Shown here: positions 23,151-29,617 of the stretch, one piece after another
Position numbering within the stretch: position 1 is the first letter of the stretch
How the letters are laid out: every line of letters begins with the position of its first letter
Source of the DNA: a virus
Taxonomy: Duplodnaviria > Caudoviricetes
IMG/VR virus record: IMGVR_UViG_3300005286_000017
Coordinates: 1 to 29,617 of that record
DNA: 29,617 nucleotides
Reading direction: 5' to 3' (one strand)
Made by a program: the position numbers and the translations under genes
Notes under the pieces: model-generated
Told to the model about the DNA's origin: nothing
Database searches by the model: none
The model's input: only the letters and a program-made list of their open reading frames with translations

Positions 23151-24207
23151 TGAAGTATTCAACCCTGACATGCTCAAGCTCGCGCGTGACGCCCGCGAGC
23201 TTACACAAGCAGAGCTGGCTCAACGATCAGGGATTACGCAGGCGTTTATTTCGAAGCTTGAGCACGGGCTGAACAATCAGCCTGGCGAGGATGCCCTTGA
23301 ACGTATTTCGAAGGCACTTGGGTTCCCAAGGAAGTTCTTTTTCCAGCGTGACAGGGCAACGGGGCTGCCGCACTTCCACTACCGAAAACGGGCGAAGCTG
23401 GGTGCCAAGCCGATCGCCCGCATTGAGGCGGTTATCAACATAAGGCGGCAGCACATTGCCAAGTTGCTGCGCTCTTATGAGATCGATGTGGCAAAGCCGA
23501 TTCCACAGATTGATCTCGATGAAACCGGACTCACGCCAGAGAAGGTAGCTGAACGCCTGCGAGCCTATTGGTTGGTTCCGCGAGGTCCGATTCAGAATGT
23601 CGTTGAATTGATCGAGGATGCAGGCGGTATCGTCATTCTTGCTCGTTTCGGCACTAACCTGCTCGATGGCCTAAGTTTCCGCCTCGAAGGCATGCCGCCG
23701 CTGTTCTTCATGAACAGGGATGTTCCAGGGGACAGGTTTCGTTTCTCACTCGCACATGAGCTTGGCCATATGGTCATGCATGCGGTTCCCGATGATGACC
23801 AGAAGATGGAGGATGAAGCACACAGATTCGCTGCGGCCTTTCTGATGCCGGCGGCCGAAATCAAGCCATATTTAGTGGGGGCAAAGATCGGCACGCTGGG
23901 ACGCGTGAAAGCCTATTGGAAGGTTTCGATCAAATCGTTGATAAAGCGAAGTCACGATCTAAAGTTGATCACTCCCTCCCAATATAAGTTCATGAACATT
24001 CAATACAACAAGATCTTTAAGGGGGAGGAGCCAATCGACATACCCCTTGAACAGCCTGCACGTCTGTCTTCGATTGTCAGGTACCACAGAGAGCAGCTTG
24101 GTTACTCGACGGACGATCTCGCCGAACTGTTGGCCTTTCATCCCGAAGATGTTGAGCGCGTTTATCTCGGCGGTAGATCCGGGCTCCGTCTGATCGTTTC
24201 AAACTGA
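23143..24207 (+). CDS. XRE-family HTH plus ImmA/IrrE (M78) zinc metallopeptidase (RmrA-like)
   Basis: LTQAELAQRSGITQAFISKLE HTH; R.RFSLAHELGH (HExxH) and E.EA..FAAAFLMP; GTG start with GAGGT RBS. Confidence 0.92.
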   Translation: MDSEVFNPDMLKLARDARELTQAELAQRSGITQAFISKLEHGLNNQPGEDALERISKALGFPRKFFFQRDRATGLPHFHYRKRAKLGAKPIARIEAVINIRRQHIAKLLRSYEIDVAKPIPQIDLDETGLTPEKVAERLRAYWLVPRGPIQNVVELIEDAGGIVILARFGTNLLDGLSFRLEGMPPLFFMNRDVPGDRFRFSLAHELGHMVMHAVPDDDQKMEDEAHRFAAAFLMPAAEIKPYLVGAKIGTLGRVKAYWKVSIKSLIKRSHDLKLITPSQYKFMNIQYNKIFKGEEPIDIPLEQPARLSSIVRYHREQLGYSTDDLAELLAFHPEDVERVYLGGRSGLRLIVSN

Positions 24208-24223
24208 AAGTTTATGCTTGACC

Positions 24224-24255
24224 GCCCCGCTGGCTCCGGCCGGCGGGGCTTTTTT
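24224..24255 (+). terminator. Rho-independent terminator
   Basis: GCCCCGCTGG...CCGGCGGGGC stem followed by TTTTTT, just after the peptidase stop. Confidence 0.85.
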
Positions 24256-24293
24256 GCTTGACGGGTTCCATTCTGCGGCGCTCTCATGGGGCC

Positions 24294-24614
24294 ATGTCCG
24301 AGCATTACGATTATGATGAGGACTTTCAGGCATCGCTGCCGCGTTCTGCGACGATGGACGGCAGCGATCTGATCATCGTGGATGTCCGTCCAAGCGGCGC
24401 CGTCATCATCACAGACAAAGAACGCGCCGCCGCGTATGTCCCGCTTGAGGGCGACCCGCTCAAGGGCACCTCCGTGAAGGTTGTGCCAAAGTACGTCGAG
24501 GCAGGCTGGTTCTCGGAAGCTAATTGCGTCCTGCTCACGGATGGCGAGCGCGAGGTCCTTTACATCCCCGAGCCGCCCGCGGATGATTCTGACGAGGAGG
24601 GCGTGGTGGCCTAG
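24294..24614 (+). CDS. Hypothetical acidic protein
   Basis: MSEHYDYDEDF... 106 aa; host-like codon usage; convergent with the next gene. Confidence 0.65.
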   Translation: MSEHYDYDEDFQASLPRSATMDGSDLIIVDVRPSGAVIITDKERAAAYVPLEGDPLKGTSVKVVPKYVEAGWFSEANCVLLTDGEREVLYIPEPPADDSDEEGVVA

Positions 24615-24781
24615 CTGCTCGGCGGCTTGGGCGGGACCGGAAACCTGTTGTGCGCGATCGCGTCGACTTCCCGCCAGACCTTGCGGCACTTCTCCTTTTC
24701 CGCCTCGGTGGCTTGATACCATTCCTTGCGGATGATCACACGGCAGATGAGCTGCGCCGCCCCGTCCTCTTCGCTAGGCAT
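24611..24781 (-). CDS. Small hypothetical protein
   Basis: MPSEEDGAAQ... overlaps the stop of the upstream Zn-finger gene. Confidence 0.45.
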   Translation of the reverse strand: MPSEEDGAAQLICRVIIRKEWYQATEAEKEKCRKVWREVDAIAHNRFPVPPKPPSS

Positions 24782-25238
24782 TGAGACTGGCCCCTGCATA
24801 AAACGAATCGGGATTGTTCAGGATTTCGGCGAGCTCGCGCGCCTCATGTTTGTCGATCTCGATCACTGGCCCATACTCGTTCGCATAGATAGCCTCTTTC
24901 AGCTGATCATAGACATACCACATGTCGGGGCGATCAGGGTCGGGCAGTGCCACATATCTCTCTCGCATGCCTTCCTCCAATGCGTTCCGTTCCTGCGTGG
25001 TAGACATGTAGGCCGCAGACAGCCGCAAGTCTCCTCCCTTGTGGCCGCACGCACGGCAGACCAGAGCGCGGGTGAATGCGTCATTTGCGATCAGGACATA
25101 ATCCGGACCGAGCCTTTTCCGAAGCGCCTTGAGGTCGAGTTCTTCGCGATGTTGGCAACGGGGGAAACGGCCACAATGAGCCGACACCCTGTATCCAAAG
25201 TCGATCAGGTCTTGGATGGTTGAGAGGTGATATGGCAT
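24774..25238 (-). CDS. Putative zinc-ribbon protein
   Basis: C-x5-C-x-H ... LDL..L..RLG ... C-x2-C-G pattern; GGAG upstream. Confidence 0.7.
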   Translation of the reverse strand: MPYHLSTIQDLIDFGYRVSAHCGRFPRCQHREELDLKALRKRLGPDYVLIANDAFTRALVCRACGHKGGDLRLSAAYMSTTQERNALEEGMRERYVALPDPDRPDMWYVYDQLKEAIYANEYGPVIEIDKHEARELAEILNNPDSFYAGASLNA

Positions 25239-25258
25239 TGCGCATCCGCGCTCCAAAA

Positions 25259-25444
25259 AGGTGCGGGCACCACATCAAAAGTCTTCAATAAAATCAATGG
25301 GACACTTTGCACGGGTGCGGGCGCTTAACGCATTGAAATCTTTTATAACTGCGACAATTCTCGACCGCACCATCTCCCCAAAAGGGGATTGATTTCATTA
25401 TCATTTCTCGGCTTTTCCCCGCACCTGATCGCCAAGGTGCGGGC
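25259..25444. mobile_element. attP site: core TTCTCGACCGCACCA (25358-25372) with flanking arm-type repeats
   Basis: AT-rich non-coding gap at the integrase 3' end. RGGTGCGGGS repeats at 25259, 25313, 25435 and inverted at 25417. The core ends in CCA and matches my recollection of the rhizobial tRNA-Leu(GAG) 3' end. Confidence 0.78.
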
Positions 25445-26477
25445 GTTGGGCGTTCTTGATCTTTTCTGCGGCGACCTTCGCGAGCCTCTTTCGGTCAGCG
25501 GTTCTGGTGTAATGCATCGCCATCGTTCCGCCCGTCCAGCCAAACAGCGCTTCGAGCTCAGCCACAGTCGCGCCCGCCTCGGCTGCGCGTGTTGCCCCAA
25601 TCTTCCGCACTCCATGGGCAGACTTCCCCTTAAGCCCAGCCTCGTTACAGGCTCGGCGAAAGAAGTTCCCGAAAGTCTCTTTCGTTAGCGGACGCCCGTT
25701 CTCTCCCACGATAAATGCCAAGTCACCTGTCGGCCCTTGCCGCAGGGTTTCCTCGAGCGCTGGGAGTATTGGGATACTCACCTCCATGCCGGTCTTTTCC
25801 GTTCGAATCGTCGCCACACCATCCCTGACGTGTTGTTTCCCGATTCGCACGGCATCGCCGCGGCGCAGCCCGGTGTATAGCAACACATGCAGCCAAACAC
25901 GTTCTTTGGTGCCGTCCGGCCAGCGCTTTTCGTAGGCGACGACATCGTCTTCCGTCCACGCTTCAAAGCCGCCGCTGTCCTTCGGGCGAGCCGGGTTCTT
26001 AACGCCGGCAGTAGGATCGACCCCGACAAGCTCTGCTTCCAAGGCCCATCGGAAAAGGCCGCGCATCGCATCAAGAAAGTTTCGCGCCTGGGCCGGGGTG
26101 GCCGCTCTCCTTTCCCGCCCGTCCACTATCGTCTTCCGCGTGATCTTTCGGTAATCGGACGAGCCGGCGCTTTTTATGACGTGCTTAAAGATGTTGTCCC
26201 TTTGCTTCCGTGTGGCCTGTGACAGGCCCATGTACGCGGACGTCTCGCGGTAGCGATTAATCAGCCACTCAAGCGTTCCGGAGGTTGCCATACGTTTCTT
26301 GACCCGAGGGCTCCCAGCCAACGCTGCTTCGTAGGCCTCATCGAAATCTGGGTCATCAGGGGACGGCAGAAGCGTGCGCGGCCCCTTGCCGCGGCGGAAG
26401 TAGAACTTCAGCTTTCCATGGCGCGACCGCTCGCGCGTAACGAAGGGCGGCAATTTGCGGGGCATCTCCAGCGTCAA
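25401..26477 (-). CDS. int: Tyrosine recombinase / phage integrase
   Basis: YTGLRRGD (R), TEKT (K), HGVRK, FGW and MHYT (Y) catalytic motifs; N-terminal arm-binding-like region. Confidence 0.95.
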   Translation of the reverse strand: MTLEMPRKLPPFVTRERSRHGKLKFYFRRGKGPRTLLPSPDDPDFDEAYEAALAGSPRVKKRMATSGTLEWLINRYRETSAYMGLSQATRKQRDNIFKHVIKSAGSSDYRKITRKTIVDGRERRAATPAQARNFLDAMRGLFRWALEAELVGVDPTAGVKNPARPKDSGGFEAWTEDDVVAYEKRWPDGTKERVWLHVLLYTGLRRGDAVRIGKQHVRDGVATIRTEKTGMEVSIPILPALEETLRQGPTGDLAFIVGENGRPLTKETFGNFFRRACNEAGLKGKSAHGVRKIGATRAAEAGATVAELEALFGWTGGTMAMHYTRTADRKRLAKVAAEKIKNAQRPHLGDQVRGKAEK

Positions 26478-26647
26478 AGCCGGATCTCCTCATCCTCGTC
26501 AATTCGGCCATTCGGCTGTGCGTGATCATCGGGGAAAACGGTGATAACTGCTTCGCCCAGCTTGACCTCAAGACGTGCGCCCTCCTTGCGCGCCGCCCTG
26601 ATGATGGCGCGCACCTGATTTTCGCGGAGGGCGAGAGCCTTCGTCAT
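26474..26647 (-). CDS. Small protein upstream of integrase (possible excisionase/RDF)
   Basis: 57 aa MTKALALRENQVRAIIRAARKEG; overlaps the int start; function inferred from position only. Confidence 0.6.
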   Translation of the reverse strand: MTKALALRENQVRAIIRAARKEGARLEVKLGEAVITVFPDDHAQPNGRIDEDEEIRL

Positions 26648-26904
26648 TCTCTCTGCCCCTCCATAGAGCCAGGGGTGAGGGAGCGGACAGCGGGACCGTC
26701 CAAGTATCGTAGCTGCCAAGTTGGATGATACGGGCGCGACAGCCGTTCGCCATCAAGGCGCACTAGCAGATGAGGCCCACGAGTTCCTGTGATCGTCCCG
26801 AGTTTTTTGGGTGCATCTTTGCTTCCTTCGCACGGCGTATATTCCACGCGTCCGCCACGCTTGGCAGCCACGCCGTAATGAGCACGAATCCAGGCTATGC
26901 TCAT
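26644..26904 (-). CDS. Phage hypothetical protein
   Basis: IRAHYGV.AKRGGRV.Y...G.I.G......L.VRLDG....YHPTW.L.YL pattern; ATGA overlaps at both ends. Confidence 0.8.
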   Translation of the reverse strand: MSIAWIRAHYGVAAKRGGRVEYTPCEGSKDAPKKLGTITGTRGPHLLVRLDGERLSRPYHPTWQLRYLDGPAVRSLTPGSMEGQRE

Positions 26905-27167
26905 CGCCCGCTCTCCTGTGCTTTGGCGCGGAGGGTGGCAACGGTTGCGTCTCGCGTAGACTTGTCGAGGGTGTAATCCCTCGACCAGCAAGTTACTTCA
27001 CGGCCATCCGCTTCGGTGTAGATCACCTTGGTTCCGGCACTATTTGACCGGATCGCGGAGGCATGTCGATTGGGGCGAAACAGGGCGATCTCCACATCGA
27101 CATCAACCCCGTTGTCCGGCCCCTCCAGCTTCTCGACGCGCTCGATCAGTTCCCGCAGATCACCCAT
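26901..27167 (-). CDS. Phage hypothetical protein
   Basis: LIERVEKLEGPD..VD.EI start; GGAGG RBS; coupled overlaps. Confidence 0.75.
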   Translation of the reverse strand: MGDLRELIERVEKLEGPDNGVDVDVEIALFRPNRHASAIRSNSAGTKVIYTEADGREVTCWSRDYTLDKSTRDATVATLRAKAQESGR

Positions 27168-27432
27168 CGCTGCCCTCCATCTTGAGGGCGGCGCGCTGTG
27201 CGGCTTCTCCGCTAATTTCGATATGGTCAGCTATCTGGCGCAACAGATCGGCCATCGCGCGAAACTTGACCATGTTCGGGTCATCGTCCCGGTAGGGACG
27301 CGAACTTGGAACATCCCCGATCAAAGCAGAGAAGTAGGTCCGAGTAGGGTTGTGCAGGTGGCAGTATTCCCCATTGGGGAAAAGGCTATCGATGAACGCC
27401 TGTGCCTGCTCCCTCGATAGATCACTCCGCAT
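27160..27432 (-). CDS. Phage hypothetical protein
   Basis: GGAGGTGGCG-ATG start; coupled overlaps. Confidence 0.7.
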   Translation of the reverse strand: MRSDLSREQAQAFIDSLFPNGEYCHLHNPTRTYFSALIGDVPSSRPYRDDDPNMVKFRAMADLLRQIADHIEISGEAAQRAALKMEGSDG

Positions 27433-27655
27433 CGCCACCTCCTGCCGTAGGGGCGGCGCGGCCAGTCACTCGGCGTCGTTCACACTGATAGTTGTCGTGG
27501 TACTCCCAAGGCGTTGCTATAGCCTTCCCCTCGGCAACGAGGTCATCAACCCACGCAATCTCTTGAGGGTGCGCCCACTCTTCCTGAACAAGCGTGCGCC
27601 CTAGAGCAAAGCCTTGCTCCATTTCCTCGCGCGACATTCTAAGCTCACCCGGCAT
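27422..27655 (-). CDS. Phage hypothetical protein
   Basis: GGAGGTGGCG-ATG start; ends AAPTAGGGDAE. Confidence 0.7.
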   Translation of the reverse strand: MPGELRMSREEMEQGFALGRTLVQEEWAHPQEIAWVDDLVAEGKAIATPWEYHDNYQCERRRVTGRAAPTAGGGDAE

Positions 27656-27681
27656 CGCCACCTCCTGCCGTGGGGGCGGCG
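27429..27681. repeat. 30-bp direct repeat at gene junctions (27429-27458 and 27652-27681, one mismatch)
   Basis: GCATCGCCACCTCCTGCCGT(A/G)GGGGCGGCG; contains the SD and start codon of the next gene. Confidence 0.9.
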
Positions 27682-28340
27682 GGGAGGACCGTTCGCGGCA
27701 ACCAAGCTATCGGGACGGCCTCGCCGAAATGGTCCGGGGCCATGCCTTCGTGGCTGTCGAACGGGTCGCCCGCATGCCACGGCAGGAACATTCCGAGTTG
27801 CGTGTATGGCTGGTAGAAAATCTCGCGGACCTCGGCGAAGGCTTTCCGGCGAATGCCGTCCATGTCCTCGCACGCCTCGCGGTAGAGCACGGCTAGAATG
27901 CGTGTCCCATCCTGTGGCGCGGTCCCCATCGGTTGCCACCCGCTCGGCACCTGCTCCGGCTTGCCTGCCGTGAGGACGGAGATGATGCGCCGCTCGTAAT
28001 CGGCTTGCGCGGCGGCTTTGGCGATATCGATATCTGGGGCGCAGTAGTTGCTCTGCGTCAGACCGACAGCAAACCACATGCCCCGGTCATCATCTGTGAT
28101 CGTCGCGATGTAGTGACCGATGCTGGTGTAGGCGTCGAAAGTGCCATCAACACCGACGCGCTCTTCCCACTCCAACGGCTTGACCTCCACCGGCCCGCTC
28201 GGCTGCGGGGCCGGGTGGGTAGATGTACGATCTAGATACTCCCGAATGCCCTGCGCTATTGCGCCGTCGAGGGTGAACATATTGCGCGCCCGAACAGCAT
28301 CAGTGGCCGCTTCAAGCGCTTCAACATCAAGCTCCGTCAT
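27645..28340 (-). CDS. Phage hypothetical mosaic protein (WQP..TAP.DGT motif)
   Basis: 231 aa; VKPLEW, AKAAAQADYERRI and WQPMGTAPQDGTRIL modules common in early phage genes. Confidence 0.8.
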   Translation of the reverse strand: MTELDVEALEAATDAVRARNMFTLDGAIAQGIREYLDRTSTHPAPQPSGPVEVKPLEWEERVGVDGTFDAYTSIGHYIATITDDDRGMWFAVGLTQSNYCAPDIDIAKAAAQADYERRIISVLTAGKPEQVPSGWQPMGTAPQDGTRILAVLYREACEDMDGIRRKAFAEVREIFYQPYTQLGMFLPWHAGDPFDSHEGMAPDHFGEAVPIAWLPRTVLPAAPTAGGGDAG

Positions 28341-29032
28341 GCTGCAATCTCCTGCGCTGGAAGGGTCTCAAGGCGCTTTGCCGCCGTTTCGCAGTAGCGC
28401 TCGTCTATTTCGCAGCCGACAGCCTTTCGCCCCTCCAGCAGCGCAGCGATGAGCGTGGACCCGCTCCCCGCAAAGGGGTCGTAGACCGTCTCTCCTATGA
28501 CGCTACTGCTTTCGATAAGCTGGCGCAGAATGTCGGTTGGCTTTTCTGTCGGGTGGTGCCTCACGCCGCCGCTTTGTGGCCGTAGGCTGCGGAGAACGCT
28601 GCCCTTCCGGAGACGTGCGGATAGGTTCCCGTAACCCTTGTCTCGGTTCGCCTTGCTAATCTCGTATGTGGCGAAGACAATCTTCTCGTGCTGCGGCCCC
28701 CACGGGGAAGACAAGTCACCCATGCCAATTACGGCCTTGTCCCAGATCAGCTCCGCGACACCACAAAGTGGCAGCGCCGATAGGTCGAGGCGCCCGGAAA
28801 AGATATAAACGTGGCGACCGCGCCGCAGGCCCTTTAGGGCATGCATCAAACACACCTCGACTGTCTCGGCATCGTCGTCGCCGAACAGCATGCCCCAGCG
28901 ACCATTCGAGCGACCGCTGACAAACTCCTGTCCGTATGGAGGGTCGGTTACGATGAGGTCGCATTCCGGCTGCACCTCACGGCAATCTCCGTGGAAAAGC
29001 GTCACATCGCCCTTTTGGTAGTAAGGGGTCAT
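28337..29032 (-). CDS. DNA N6-adenine/N4-cytosine methyltransferase (beta-type motif order)
   Basis: GDC, TDPPY, HPTEKP, DPFAGSGST and G.EI...Y motifs; ATGA overlap at 29032. Confidence 0.93.
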   Translation of the reverse strand: MTPYYQKGDVTLFHGDCREVQPECDLIVTDPPYGQEFVSGRSNGRWGMLFGDDDAETVEVCLMHALKGLRRGRHVYIFSGRLDLSALPLCGVAELIWDKAVIGMGDLSSPWGPQHEKIVFATYEISKANRDKGYGNLSARLRKGSVLRSLRPQSGGVRHHPTEKPTDILRQLIESSSVIGETVYDPFAGSGSTLIAALLEGRKAVGCEIDERYCETAAKRLETLPAQEIAA

Positions 29033-29373
29033 TCTGGTCGCCCCTCTGAAATCCAGCACTCGAGACAAAGACCGGCGTGCTCAGTGCTGACTTCCTGCGT
29101 ACGCTCGCCACAGGTTTCGCACCACAAGACTTCCCCGCCCCCGGCATTGGCTTCCGCTCTGGCGAGGGCGGCGCGACGGTTCCAGGCGGCATGACACTCA
29201 CGAATAGGCGTGACGGGGTCGATGCAGACGTCAGGGAATTCGACCTTGGGCCCCTCCGCGCCGCAGAAGCACCAAACCGAGATGCGCCCTCGCGATGCAC
29301 CCTGCGCGACATTGGCCGAGCCACAAAACGGGCACGGCAACAGCTTCTCGCTGATCTCTGAATTGCTCGTCAT
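29029..29373 (-). CDS. Lar-family restriction alleviation-like zinc-finger protein
   Basis: LLPCPFCG...C.CGAEGP...AWNRRA, plus a second CxxC...CxxC. Confidence 0.78.
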   Translation of the reverse strand: MTSNSEISEKLLPCPFCGSANVAQGASRGRISVWCFCGAEGPKVEFPDVCIDPVTPIRECHAAWNRRAALARAEANAGGGEVLWCETCGERTQEVSTEHAGLCLECWISEGRPE

Positions 29374-29617
29374 GAAATCACCTCGCCTGTCCGACGGTCA
29401 ACGACCTCGCCGGTGATAAGCTTTTTGAACCTGGTGGATTTGGATCCGGGGATCGGCCGCGCCGACTTCTTCTTGCCGAGCAGGTGGCGCTTGGCATTCG
29501 CCTTCACCTTGGCGCGCACCGTGGCTTCAGCCTTGGTCTTTCGCCTATGGGCTTCTGCCGTGACGGCCTGCAGGTTGCTTTCGCGGTTCTCGCCGCCAAG
29601 CCAAAGCGGGGTGATGT
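29370..29617 (-). CDS. HNH endonuclease-like protein, C-terminal part (runs off the window)
   Basis: Hand translation: ITPLWLGGENRESNLQAVTAEAHRRKTKAEA...GEVVDRRTGEVIS*; stop overlaps the Lar ATG. Confidence 0.75.
   Translation of the reverse strand, partial: ITPLWLGGENRESNLQAVTAEAHRRKTKAEATVRAKVKANAKRHLLGKKKSARPIPGSKSTRFKKLITGEVVDRRTGEVIS

Noticed and set aside
23143-24207. Phage immunity repressor (CI)
   Set aside because: Has an M78 HExxH peptidase rather than an S24 domain, and sits in an isolated cassette away from any divergent early promoter region.
25340-25375. Complete tRNA gene
   Set aside because: Only 15 nt of a tRNA-like 3' end are present; no T-loop or cloverleaf upstream.
1-29617. 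CRISPR array, IS element or rRNA
   Set aside because: No regularly spaced repeats, transposase motifs or rRNA-like sequence detected by eye.

Overview
The window is about 30 kb of a temperate, GC-rich siphovirus genome, probably infecting a Rhizobiales alphaproteobacterium. The + strand carries a late operon. It starts with a 5'-truncated portal, followed by DUF2213 scaffold/protease, head decoration, lambda-E-type major capsid, head-tail joining genes and a MuF-like minor head protein. Next come tail completion/terminator/tube genes, tail chaperones with a -1 frameshift, tape measure, tail tip and receptor-binding genes, and a lysis cassette. After that come an accessory island (candidate toxin plus XRE-ImmA/IrrE, RosmerTA-like) and an apparently intact attP whose core resembles the 3' end of tRNA-Leu. 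The window ends with a minus-strand early block: integrase, small hypotheticals, DNA methyltransferase, Lar-like protein and a truncated HNH. The most notable observations are: (1) an Acb1-like anti-CBASS 2H phosphoesterase fused to the portal C-terminus behind an acidic linker; (2) a tail appendage carrying a PhoD-type metallophosphoesterase; (3) its downstream LamG-like partner gene, broken at a G8 tract, next to a convergent acyltransferase-3 gene with another G8 at its ribosome-binding site; (4) several small antisense morons in the structural operon, including an uncalled 52-aa Rmf/CrpP-like ORF. All family assignments come from motif recognition and synteny; no database searches were run.
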